From the IMG/VR virus record IMGVR_UViG_3300003322_000571, positions 248,001 to 312,000 of that record: a stretch of DNA of 64,000 nucleotides. One strand, given 5' to 3'. Made by a program: the position numbers and the translations under genes. Within the stretch, counting starts at the first letter, position 1. Each line of letters starts with the position of its first letter. This document shows positions 48,273-57,129 of the stretch, piece by piece. The notes beneath the pieces are model-generated. The model saw only the letters and a program-made list of their open reading frames with translations. It had not been told where the DNA came from and did no database searches.

Positions 48273-48565
48273 CATTGGACAATTATCGTGATCTCAATTG
48301 GCTTTTCACACACTTGATACCAGTACGTGAATAGTTGACGATGTTTACCGGACCTCTTTTGGTATGATCTCCATCCCGGAGTATATCCCTGCGCCTTACA
48401 GTCGTTGACAAACTTTTGTTGTGCTTCAAGTTCAGCTAATCGTCGCCGTTCCATTGCCGGTTTGACGTTGTACTCATGATTGTACCACATCCATCCAAAC
48501 AGGACGCCGATCACTAGAAGTATTGAACCAAACAAGAACAGGATGTCGTAGTCGGCTTCGTCCAT
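48272..48565 (-). CDS. Single-pass membrane protein
   Basis: Start at MDEADY; hydrophobic segment ILFLFGSILLVIGVLFGWMWY. Confidence 0.6.
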   Translation of the reverse strand: MDEADYDILFLFGSILLVIGVLFGWMWYNHEYNVKPAMERRRLAELEAQQKFVNDCKAQGYTPGWRSYQKRSGKHRQLFTYWYQVCEKPIEITIIVQ

Positions 48566-48566
48566 A

Positions 48567-48743
48567 TTAGAACCAATCATCGGCGTGGCGATCGAGCATG
48601 TCTTGGTATTCTTCTGGCGTTAACGCCCATTGAAGCCACAAGTCATTGAGGATCAAGTAGGCGAATAGGCCTATGATGCATAGCAAACATGCGCCTATTA
48701 CCTTAGCGAACTCCAATACCTGAGACCAATCGATATCAATCAC
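48567..48743 (-). CDS. Small membrane protein (58 aa; not in the ORF track)
   Basis: GTG start overlapping the AAA ATPase stop; VIDIDWSQVLEFAKVIGACLLCIIGLFAYLILNDLWLQWALTPEEYQDMLDRHADDWF. Confidence 0.55.
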   Translation of the reverse strand: MIDIDWSQVLEFAKVIGACLLCIIGLFAYLILNDLWLQWALTPEEYQDMLDRHADDWF

Positions 48744-49743
48744 GGGTGAATCCTATACCGCGGCCGAACGCTTCACTGGAATTCGGACGTGCATCCATCA
48801 TCGTTTTGAGACGAGTGACTGCATCTTCGAGCGGGACATCGAATACTTCGACTGACACAATCAGTTCCTTCAGATGTGCAATTGAGAAGTTCTTCGTTTT
48901 CGCCACCCATTCTTCCAATTCAGCTGGGTCATCGGCGAGGCGAACGTTCTTTGCCAGCAAGTACGTCTTGCGTGCACGTTCGTCAGGCATCCCGATCTTC
49001 TTGACAATGTCAAAACGGCTAGGACGGTTGATAAACCGCTTGTCGAGACGTTCAGGATAGTTTGTCGTTGCAACGAACACGACATTGTCGATCTGAAGCT
49101 CGCCGTCCATGATTGCGAGCAAGTCGCTCTCGCCATACACGTCAATGATCGAGTCAATGTCTTCGAGCATGACGATCAACGGACGAGTGGGTTCTACTTG
49201 ACGAAGCAGTTTGAGACCACGTGCGGCGCGCCCTGGATGATCGACATACAGTGAGATCCCACCGTGACTAATCACTTTTTGAGAGATCACTTGTAGTGTA
49301 GACGTTTTGCCGGAACCCGGAGGACCCCACATCAACACACCACGCTTCCACAGAAAACCGAACTTACGGAAGTGTTGTTCCTTCGTCCAAAACGTCTCAA
49401 TTTCGCCGATCACTTGCTCCGACACGGAGTCGGGTAGATCAATCAAATCATCAAGATTGATGTCGGTTTTTTGGAAGAACAACCCAAGTTGTTCACTAAC
49501 TTGGATCGTATATTGACCAGGCGGTAGAATAGGAACGGACTTTTCGCACGCGCTGTAGTTGCGATCCCCGTAAACAGCCCACATCTGAGCGTTGACTGCG
49601 GGAGCTGTTGATTTAGTTGGACTTGATTCGCTAGCGTCTTCGTACGCTGGCTTAGCAGGAATCGCACGCGAAACTTTATTTGAATCAGATCCGCCAGCAA
49701 CGCGGTCGTTAAACTCTTGCAAGTCTTCAATGTCGCTCATCAA
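48736..49743 (-). CDS. AAA+ ATPase (classical clade, BCS1/FtsH-like ATPase domain)
   Basis: RGVLMWGPPGSGKTS, MLEDID, TTNYPERLD...RPSRFD (second region of homology with Arg finger). Confidence 0.9.
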   Translation of the reverse strand: MMSDIEDLQEFNDRVAGGSDSNKVSRAIPAKPAYEDASESSPTKSTAPAVNAQMWAVYGDRNYSACEKSVPILPPGQYTIQVSEQLGLFFQKTDINLDDLIDLPDSVSEQVIGEIETFWTKEQHFRKFGFLWKRGVLMWGPPGSGKTSTLQVISQKVISHGGISLYVDHPGRAARGLKLLRQVEPTRPLIVMLEDIDSIIDVYGESDLLAIMDGELQIDNVVFVATTNYPERLDKRFINRPSRFDIVKKIGMPDERARKTYLLAKNVRLADDPAELEEWVAKTKNFSIAHLKELIVSVEVFDVPLEDAVTRLKTMMDARPNSSEAFGRGIGFTRD

Positions 49744-49760
49744 TATCTTTCTGATATGGT

Positions 49761-49994
49761 TTAATATCCACCGTCGTCGTACTTCGACTTCTTACCCATC
49801 TTCGACCAACAGCCGTACTGGTCTTCGTCGTCTTGTTCGTCCATCGCTCTAGCCCATTCGACTAGCGATGAATAAAATTGCTTCTCTACTGGATCGTAGA
49901 CACGTCCGTCTGTACGGATCTGGATTCCGTAAAACTCTTCCAGCTCTTCAGCTGTCATTTCTTCTACGTCATCAATGACTCTGTGGTTGTGCAT
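49761..49994 (-). CDS. Small acidic hypothetical protein
   Basis: D/E-rich ORF between topoisomerase and the AAA ATPase; start uncertain. Confidence 0.55.
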   Translation of the reverse strand: MHNHRVIDDVEEMTAEELEEFYGIQIRTDGRVYDPVEKQFYSSLVEWARAMDEQDDEDQYGCWSKMGKKSKYDDGGY

Positions 49995-50064
49995 TTCTTT
50001 CTGGGTAAGATAACATTGGTAGGTGATCATCAATGTTCCATGATCACCCCAATTTAGTCAACAA

Positions 50065-51417
50065 TTAGTCGTCGTAAGCGCCCTTCTTGTACTTCTGGAG
50101 GATCGCTTGTAGCTCCGTAATGTACACTTTCTTTCGCAGGTCTTCCGAACCGATCAGAGCTTCGTATTCGGCAAGCTGTTCAAGTGCTTCCTTGATACGT
50201 TGTTCGTTCTTCGTATACTCTTCTTCTGTGAATCTGTAGACGGGTAGATCGGCGATGTAGTCCGTATAAACAATACTGATCGTATCCAAAAACTCACGCA
50301 GTTCGCTACGAGAGGCCGTCTTCTTGGCAACACCGCCAACGTTGTTCTTAATTGCTGTACGAATGTCGTAGTAACGCTGAAGGTCGACCTTCAGCAGGTC
50401 ACGAAGTCGTTCGTAACGCTTAACATACCATGTGAGGCGCCAATCAGTGAAATCTTTGATCAGTTCTGATGGAGATTGTGTGTACGACTTGACGTACTGA
50501 CCATCGATACTGAGCACGTTTAGGTTCTCAATATGACGGACAGCAAGACCTGTCAATTCAAGCAACTCATCTTGTTCAACAGTCGCCAAGAAACCGCGTT
50601 TGAACTTCAGTGTGATCGAGATGACATCCTTGGAATCGTCGACGTATCCCGTCAATGTTCCGCTTTCAACTAGAGCGTCAAGCTTTGCGATTACCTTGTC
50701 GTGACTTTGTCCGAAAGGTAGACGCGTAATTTCAGCAGTCGTAGTATTCTTGATGTCAATTTCGCCGTTGAAGTAGTACGCAATTCCGCGGGCGGTTTCT
50801 TCTTTTGCGTGTGATGCTGATTCAATCGGATGGAAGATTGGCATCGGATCTTCGATCTTTTTGACGCCCTTCAGATGATTGATCTGGCATGTAATCACAT
50901 CAGCAAGATCGCGCGGAAGGATGTTCGTTGCATAACCAATCGCCACACCTTCTGCAGGGTTCAGCAATACTGTCGGAACGATTGGCAGGAAGTGGACAGG
51001 TTCTTCAAGAGTACCGTCGTAGTTTTCTTGCATCGGTACGATTTCGATGTCGGCATACATCACATCTTTCGTGAACGCTGACGCACTGACAGTCGTATAA
51101 CGACTTGCGGAGTATTCGTTTGGCTTAAGCAATGTACCGAACGCACTATCTCCCTTGAAATACGGAAGGTTGTTCCCGTACTGTGCCGTCAGCGTATCAA
51201 TTGCACCTTCTGGAGCTCCGTGCGGATGGATAGGCATCGTTGCACCAGCGAGTGTTGCAGCTTTGTACTTCTTACCGTCGCGTGCCGTCCATAGAACACG
51301 GCGACCGCCCGACTTCATACCGTCAGTTAGTGCTGGAATCGCACGCATGCGAATCACATAGAGGGAATACTCTCGTCGTTGGTCGTTAATATATTGTGTC
51401 GATTCTGCTTTTTTCAT
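50065..51417 (-). CDS. 52: Type II topoisomerase breakage-reunion subunit (T4 gp52 / GyrA-like)
   Basis: RAIPALTDGMKSGGRRVLW, HPHG, SASRYT (catalytic Tyr), G.AIGYATNI. Confidence 0.93.
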   Translation of the reverse strand: MKKAESTQYINDQRREYSLYVIRMRAIPALTDGMKSGGRRVLWTARDGKKYKAATLAGATMPIHPHGAPEGAIDTLTAQYGNNLPYFKGDSAFGTLLKPNEYSASRYTTVSASAFTKDVMYADIEIVPMQENYDGTLEEPVHFLPIVPTVLLNPAEGVAIGYATNILPRDLADVITCQINHLKGVKKIEDPMPIFHPIESASHAKEETARGIAYYFNGEIDIKNTTTAEITRLPFGQSHDKVIAKLDALVESGTLTGYVDDSKDVISITLKFKRGFLATVEQDELLELTGLAVRHIENLNVLSIDGQYVKSYTQSPSELIKDFTDWRLTWYVKRYERLRDLLKVDLQRYYDIRTAIKNNVGGVAKKTASRSELREFLDTISIVYTDYIADLPVYRFTEEEYTKNEQRIKEALEQLAEYEALIGSEDLRKKVYITELQAILQKYKKGAYDD

Positions 51418-52094
51418 TGGGACAACATCAATTCACGAAGATTAATAGGTGCGTAATTTGTATGTTCAACACAGATGTTGACATGCCCTTTTGAAGGAGC
51501 TGGGTGCTGGTGGATATGTCCGTGAACATTCCAACAGTTATCCGGCACGCGGTCAAGAGGGTAGTGTGTGAACAACAATTGTGTACCGTTCCAGTCAACG
51601 ATCTTACAAAGATGGCGTTCGTTGAAAGCCAAACTAAGCAGGTTGCCTCGACGATCGATGTCGTGATTGCCAATGATTTGGATCTTGTAACCGGGAAGCA
51701 GATTGAGGATATCGTTTGTTTCGTTGACGTTCATGAACGTAATATCGCCTCCGAAAATGACGATGTCACGGTCCTTGACAACATTAAGATAGTTGCCAAT
51801 CAAACAGTCATTCATCAGCGATGCTGAAGGATAAGGACGACCCGAATACTTCATGATGTTTTTGTGGCCGAAGTGAATGTCACTCCACACCCACACATCG
51901 CGAGAGTAGTCGTCTAGGTCGATCTCAATCAGAGGGTCGCCTGTTAGCGATTCGCTCGTTAGGATTGCTTTCCAGTGTTCGATGTTGCGGACTTTCAACG
52001 CACGATTGTGCGTTGGGTCGCCTGTAAATTCTAAGTCATGCAAATAATGCTGACGGAAAGATTCAGATGTAAATTTCATTTTGCTGTCAGCCAT
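51414..52094 (-). CDS. Calcineurin-like metallophosphoesterase
   Basis: WSDIHFGH, GGDI, GNHD, FTHYP, HGHIH; overlaps both topoisomerase genes. Confidence 0.9.
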   Translation of the reverse strand: MADSKMKFTSESFRQHYLHDLEFTGDPTHNRALKVRNIEHWKAILTSESLTGDPLIEIDLDDYSRDVWVWSDIHFGHKNIMKYSGRPYPSASLMNDCLIGNYLNVVKDRDIVIFGGDITFMNVNETNDILNLLPGYKIQIIGNHDIDRRGNLLSLAFNERHLCKIVDWNGTQLLFTHYPLDRVPDNCWNVHGHIHQHPAPSKGHVNICVEHTNYAPINLRELMLSQ

Positions 52095-53974
52095 TCTTTA
52101 CGAGCGTCAGAGTCGTTGCCGAATAGCAGTTCCATAACTTGTTTTGTGTCCTCGTCTGCGACAATCGGGATCATTGTGTCAGTTTCACCGGACAAGCACA
52201 TATCCCAATCTTCCTTGCTCATAGAGCCCAGACCCTTGTAATATCGTACTTCATAACCCTTGTACTTGTCTTTGACTTTTTCGTAATCGGCACGGCGTGG
52301 GAAATGGACGCGTGTTTTCCCTTTAACCAAGCAGACGTTAGGAGCAATCATTCGGAACAAGAACGGTGGCTGTTTTGGATCGAGCAGTTCAGGCCAGAAC
52401 TTGTAGAATAGGTTTGTCAACAATGTGAAGATGTCGGAGCCGTCGTAGTCAGCGTCGGTTGCGATGATCACTTGACCGAAGTTGAGTTCACTACGAACAG
52501 CTTTCTTACCAGGGATCAGTCCAATCGCTTGCAACATGTCCTTGACTTTGACCATCTTCAGTACTTGCGCAGGAGTAGCGTCGTACACGTTGTTGATCTT
52601 ACCAGTCAATGCAAACGCAGCCGTTGTTTTTGGATCGCGAGACATCGAGATCTGTCCTGCAGCAGAATTACCTTCTGTGATCAGAACGCGACATTCTGCA
52701 CGGTTCGTGCTCGTTGCATCGAGCAGACCGTCAACCTTCTTACCGATTTTTTTCGCGTGTTCCTTTTGTGCATCAGCATCTGCTTGAGCGTGGTGGCGGT
52801 TGTTGGCACGGAACAGAATATCTTCAAGCCACAACTCCGAACGCTTAGCGAACATCTTCCACTGAGCGTCGATCATTCCCGTCATTTCCTTGCGGAGATC
52901 GGGACCTGTCAGGCGGGTTTTAGCTTGACTATCGTATTCTGGATTACGGACTTTAAGGTTTGCAAGAACAAGCAATCCACGACGAATGTCGTTGTTTGTA
53001 ATCTCGGACTTAGTCTTCTTAGCAGCTTTTTCCAGGTGATTTTGTACACGGCTATACAGTGCGTTGAGGAACTGCGTGTTGCATTTACCGCCGTCAAACA
53101 ACAACGAACTGTTGACCCAAGTGAACATCTGTTCGTCGATACCGTCATGTGCATTAAGGACAACAAACACTTCGCCAACGAGTGTTGGCTCGTTGACTTC
53201 AAAGCAGTAGAACTGTTTATCGCCAGCGATCTGAGCGACGAGGTCAAGCAGTCCCTTCTTGAACCTGTACTTTTCACCGTTATATTCAACAGTGACATCC
53301 GGGTTTGTCATCGCAATTTCGATAGCGCGATTGCGGACAAGTTCGTCAGGAAGGGTTACATTCTTGAATACGAGCGGATCGAGCTGGAATGATACCTGTG
53401 TCCCGGAAGGTGTATTGTCAGGAACAGAAGTGATTTTTGGTGATGAGGCCTTATCAGCACCGTCAACGAATCGCTGAACGTACTTTTTGCCGTCGCGGTG
53501 AATGACAACGTCAAATTCACTCGAGCAATAGTTAGTACATGCTGCGCCAACACCGTTTTGACCGATGACGCCGACTTCCTTATCATCAGTGAAGTTGCGT
53601 CCGGCTTTCAAGCTACCGAGAGCGACTTCTGGTGTGCGCTTCCCTGTAGCGTGCATATCAATCGGAATGCCGCGGCCGTTATCGCCAACAGAATACCAGC
53701 CAATGTCTGGCTTAGCGTCAAACTTGAGTAGTTTGATTCGAGATGTTGTTTGGGAGAATTCGTCGAGCGCGTTATCAACGACTTCGTTGATAGCTTTGAA
53801 TACAGACGGGATGAATTCGACTTCGCGAATTTCTAGTTTATCCGCCGTAAGCAGTGGAATTCGATAGGTGGTGGGGTTCATGTTCCCCAGGTAGATCTGA
53901 GTTCGTAGACGAACGTGATCCCTATCCGACAATGCAACGATGTCATTGCCGGTGTAGTTCTTGTCCTTAGCCAT
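52076..53974 (-). CDS. 39: Type II topoisomerase ATPase/TOPRIM subunit (T4 gp39+60 / GyrB-like)
   Basis: EVVDNALDE, DNGRGIP, GQNGVGA (GHKL); TEGNSA, LTGKINN, ATDADYDG, YYKGLG (TOPRIM). Confidence 0.95.
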   Translation of the reverse strand: MAKDKNYTGNDIVALSDRDHVRLRTQIYLGNMNPTTYRIPLLTADKLEIREVEFIPSVFKAINEVVDNALDEFSQTTSRIKLLKFDAKPDIGWYSVGDNGRGIPIDMHATGKRTPEVALGSLKAGRNFTDDKEVGVIGQNGVGAACTNYCSSEFDVVIHRDGKKYVQRFVDGADKASSPKITSVPDNTPSGTQVSFQLDPLVFKNVTLPDELVRNRAIEIAMTNPDVTVEYNGEKYRFKKGLLDLVAQIAGDKQFYCFEVNEPTLVGEVFVVLNAHDGIDEQMFTWVNSSLLFDGGKCNTQFLNALYSRVQNHLEKAAKKTKSEITNNDIRRGLLVLANLKVRNPEYDSQAKTRLTGPDLRKEMTGMIDAQWKMFAKRSELWLEDILFRANNRHHAQADADAQKEHAKKIGKKVDGLLDATSTNRAECRVLITEGNSAAGQISMSRDPKTTAAFALTGKINNVYDATPAQVLKMVKVKDMLQAIGLIPGKKAVRSELNFGQVIIATDADYDGSDIFTLLTNLFYKFWPELLDPKQPPFLFRMIAPNVCLVKGKTRVHFPRRADYEKVKDKYKGYEVRYYKGLGSMSKEDWDMCLSGETDTMIPIVADEDTKQVMELLFGNDSDARKEWLTAK

Positions 53975-53979
53975 TCTAG

Positions 53980-54231
53980 TTAGTCTTTCTTCTTTTTGTT
54001 CGAAGTTGCCTGATTGATCAGTTCTGTTAGTACGTCTGAAGCGTGTTGTAGTGCTGCGTGCATCCCTGCCATGCTTTCAACTGCAAAGCCGCCTGAGCGC
54101 ATAGACGCAACGGCATTGATTCTGTTCAACACAAGAGCTTGTTGGTTCAACAGTTCATGGAGGTTCATGTCTTGCCACAAATCTGATCGAATTGCGGTCT
54201 CTGGATTGGTATCGTCAGGATAGATGTTCAT
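53980..54231 (-). CDS. Hypothetical protein
   Basis: ORF from MNIYPDD; start uncertain (the ORF track begins at 54348). Confidence 0.5.
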   Translation of the reverse strand: MNIYPDDTNPETAIRSDLWQDMNLHELLNQQALVLNRINAVASMRSGGFAVESMAGMHAALQHASDVLTELINQATSNKKKKD

Positions 54232-54238
54232 TTTGTTA

Positions 54239-54679
54239 TCAGTATTCTTCCCGCAGCGGGAGGCCCGTTGCTTCAAAAATCCTTGGTTGCCAAGAATGAA
54301 AACGTTTTCCGTGTCCCATTCGTCCGTATGCTTGGTATTCCCAAGCATGAACCATTTCGTGTACTAGTACAGTCAAAAATAGTCGCCTAGACTCATAGAA
54401 CGGTTGCATCGACAGGTCGACTTTCTTCCCTGTCGTAGCTCCGAAAGCCCAAGCATGTTCGTGTTCGTGTTCAACGAATTTGACACTGCCAGGCGTAGGA
54501 AGAATGTCGTTGAAAATAGCTACATTCAACGTATTCCACCAGTATTTAACCATTTTTGACGACAGGGTTACCGATTGATGTCCGTACTTACGAATGTGCT
54601 TTTTTATTCTTCTTTGCGCTTTGCTTGCCGTAATCTTCACAGTAAATCCCAAGCTGTGAGCGGGCGTAAAAACCGTCAC
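54239..54679 (-). CDS. SprT-like zinc metalloprotease
   Basis: LN..IF...LP, VLVHEMVHAW, GH G..F..W pattern (HExxH...H). Confidence 0.8.
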   Translation of the reverse strand: MTVFTPAHSLGFTVKITASKAQRRIKKHIRKYGHQSVTLSSKMVKYWWNTLNVAIFNDILPTPGSVKFVEHEHEHAWAFGATTGKKVDLSMQPFYESRRLFLTVLVHEMVHAWEYQAYGRMGHGKRFHSWQPRIFEATGLPLREEY

Positions 54680-55634
54680 AAGTGTTTTCCTTTACTGTCA
54701 TCAACGTATACATTTCACCGTACTTCAATACAGCTGCATTAATGTCCTTACAAGATCCAATATCTGGATAGCTTACAGACCAACCGAGCTCAAGAGCTTG
54801 CTCAGCCAACAGAAATCCTTCACCGAACTTGTCAGGTATGACGACCTTTTGTCTGGGTGATTGATTAATCCATTTCGTTTGAGCAGGCGTCATCTTGCTA
54901 CCAAAGATAGCAACACCGTTCAAATGGTACGCATCAAACCACCCTTCGGTAATATATAGTGGTTCGTCTGTGTACCGTGAAATCTCGGAATATCCGCTTA
55001 ACACTGCATCTTTGATTATGCTTGGGCTCAGGTACTTCTTGACCATTGAGTCAGTCAAGTCTCTCCCTTGCCAAAACACAACATTGCCATCCTTGTATGT
55101 TGGGATGATTAGACGTCCATACCACCTTGCATTATCCGGATGATCCGCTTTTCTGACAAGATGGAACGGATGTTTCTTCCAGTCGATCTTACGACTTGTT
55201 AGGTAGTAGATCGCTTCTTCGGCCCATACATCGTTTGGATCGTCCGTCAACGGATAAAAGTAGTCCGGCATCTGAAGGACAGGTGGTTCGATACTCTTAA
55301 ATTCTTCTTTGAGAGCTCGTTCTTGTTCGTTCGATAGCATTGCATCAAACAACACAGGACCCCAGTCCACTTCCTGAACACCAAAGCTATCGAGGACAAC
55401 AACCATGTCCTTAGGCATCGTCTTATGTTTGTATGGATCAAACCCAGCACTATGGCCGCAGTTAAAGCAGTTATATCCTACTGCTTTTCCTTCGAACTTG
55501 AATCCGGCTCGCGGTCCTTTCTTGCCGTGGTCATTACACACTTTACACAAGACGGAGAAAAACCCGCGACTATTAGGCCGCGGGTTCAACGAAATGTGCT
55601 GTCGAATGACTTGCTCAAGAGTTGGTGCGTTCAT
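54588..55634 (-). CDS. 61: DNA primase (T4 gp61-like)
   Basis: Zinc finger C..CND...CFNC, RLIIP...G.VVFWQGR, TOPRIM YITEGWFDA, CKDIN. Confidence 0.9.
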   Translation of the reverse strand: MNAPTLEQVIRQHISLNPRPNSRGFFSVLCKVCNDHGKKGPRAGFKFEGKAVGYNCFNCGHSAGFDPYKHKTMPKDMVVVLDSFGVQEVDWGPVLFDAMLSNEQERALKEEFKSIEPPVLQMPDYFYPLTDDPNDVWAEEAIYYLTSRKIDWKKHPFHLVRKADHPDNARWYGRLIIPTYKDGNVVFWQGRDLTDSMVKKYLSPSIIKDAVLSGYSEISRYTDEPLYITEGWFDAYHLNGVAIFGSKMTPAQTKWINQSPRQKVVIPDKFGEGFLLAEQALELGWSVSYPDIGSCKDINAAVLKYGEMYTLMTVKENTCDGFYARSQLGIYCEDYGKQSAKKNKKAHS

Positions 55635-55654
55635 ACACCAACACTATACGAGGG

Positions 55655-56455
55655 TTAATCCGTACCTTCAACTTCCTTCTTTACACGTGGACGACGTGGA
55701 GCAGCTTTCTTAGCTGGCTTGCGGGGTGTACGTTTTGGTTTAACCTCGACTTCAACTTCTTGCTCCGCGGCATCTGCTGCGATTGCTTGTTCAATTGCTT
55801 TTTCGATCGCCTTTTCCTGCTTTTCGATTTCTGCAATCATGTTTTGCAAGCGAGTACGAATCTCAGGCGATTGCATCCAGAAGTCTTCTCCCTTAGCGAT
55901 TCGAGTGAATTCTTCTTCTGAAATGAACGGAACATAAATGTCGCGTGCAAGGGATGCGAACCACTTGATAGTAGCTTCGAGTTCCGACACAAGTTCGTTG
56001 CCCTTACCGATCAGACCACCGTTAAAGTTGTGGAACATCATCATGCAGTTGTCGTTGACGACCATCTCATCACCAGCCAAGAAGATTAGCGTTCCGAGAG
56101 AGTATGCACTACCTTCAAGGATTGTAACAATCTTCGCTTGGGAATTCTGCATTGCATTGACGATTTGCACGCCAGTATCAAGTTGACCGCCGGGTGTATT
56201 CAGGTGAATGAAAATTGTATCAGACGGTCCAGCGCACGTGATGCGGTAGATCATGTCTGTGTAATCACCAGGAGCGCCAATACTTTCGCTGATGTAGTAG
56301 TGGACGTGCTGTGCCGTAAATGTCTGAGCGTACTCTTTGTACGGCTTCTTGTTCATGGCGATAAGCGGAAGCCCTGTTTGGTCCTCGCCGCTCTCTTCTT
56401 CATCGTTTGCACGCTTAGGTGCGAGTTTCGACTTATACGTGTACGAGTATACCAT
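55655..56455 (-). CDS. clpP: ClpP-like serine protease with a basic C-terminal tail
   Basis: IHLNTPGG, G.AYSLG (Ser nucleophile region), MMMFH, EDFWM; RBS AAAGGAG; TAAATA at 56482-56487. Confidence 0.8.
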   Translation of the reverse strand: MVYSYTYKSKLAPKRANDEEESGEDQTGLPLIAMNKKPYKEYAQTFTAQHVHYYISESIGAPGDYTDMIYRITCAGPSDTIFIHLNTPGGQLDTGVQIVNAMQNSQAKIVTILEGSAYSLGTLIFLAGDEMVVNDNCMMMFHNFNGGLIGKGNELVSELEATIKWFASLARDIYVPFISEEEFTRIAKGEDFWMQSPEIRTRLQNMIAEIEKQEKAIEKAIEQAIAADAAEQEVEVEVKPKRTPRKPAKKAAPRRPRVKKEVEGTD

Positions 56456-56539
56456 TGGTTCTCCTTTGCTCTGTACGAAACTATTTACGCTGGAGAAATA
56501 GCAGTGATCTTTACCCGTATACCCAGGGACCGGAAATGA

Positions 56540-56563
56540 AGGAAGGCGCCGAAGCGCCTTCCT
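56540..56563 (-). terminator. Terminator hairpin with UUCG loop downstream of tmRNA
   Basis: - strand reads AGGAAGGCGC-TTCG-GCGCCTTCCT-TCATTT. Confidence 0.75.
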
Positions 56564-56888
56564 ATGATACTGTTGTTATCGGGGTATCATGCCCTCAGTC
56601 AAGCATTAAGCTGCGAGACGGAAGTTACCTTCATTTGCATTTAGGTTGTTTTCTTGAGTTACGGTCTTCGCCACCGGCATGCGCCATCCATCTCAGTAAC
56701 TCTGTCGAAACCAGGGCAGGCCCATGACAGAAGATTCAACGCTACGTTACTTTTCGAGGGCCTAGGTTCCCTTTAACCGTTTCACGCAGCACTAAACCTT
56801 CTGTGGTGGACCTGGCGGGAATCGAACCCGCGTCCAAAATCCTTCAACATCAGTCGAATTACATGCTTCATCTGCTTGCGCAGATACG
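56564..56888 (-). ncRNA. ssrA: Circularly permuted (two-piece) tmRNA
   Basis: Acceptor piece ends ...GGACGCGGGTTCGATTCCCGCCAGGTCCACCA (3' end 56804). After an 80-nt spacer the coding piece starts GGGCCTG..TTCGAC (56723). The acceptor stem contains G3:U70. GCATGC (56677-82) pairs with GCATGT (56861-66). Tag frame 56638-56606 reads ANEGNFRLAA*. Confidence 0.92.
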
Positions 56889-56916
56889 TCTATTTAAGCA
56901 TAGAACCCTAAAACTA

Positions 56917-57129
56917 TCAACACGTGCAGTTCAACGACTCACGTTTGACCATTTTCCATCCAGGCTCGTTGTTGTCATTGCAAAATTGGTAGTGCATTCG
57001 AACGACACCAAAGCAAACAGGGCACATCTTCGGCCGTGTCTCGATGTCTCCGACCTTGTTCTGGTATGTTCGTCGGAGGATTTGACCATTCAAATGCGTC
57101 TCTTGCACCCAATCAATCGTCGTTTCCAT
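56917..57129 (-). CDS. Small Cys-containing hypothetical protein (possible zinc ribbon)
   Basis: CPVC...C...CTC; 70 aa. Confidence 0.45.
   Translation of the reverse strand: METTIDWVQETHLNGQILRRTYQNKVGDIETRPKMCPVCFGVVRMHYQFCNDNNEPGWKMVKRESLNCTC

Noticed and set aside
56804-56836. tRNA gene suggested by the GGTTCGATTCC T-loop and CCA
   Set aside because: There is no anticodon arm; the matching 5' half lies downstream with a tag ORF, so this is the tmRNA acceptor piece.
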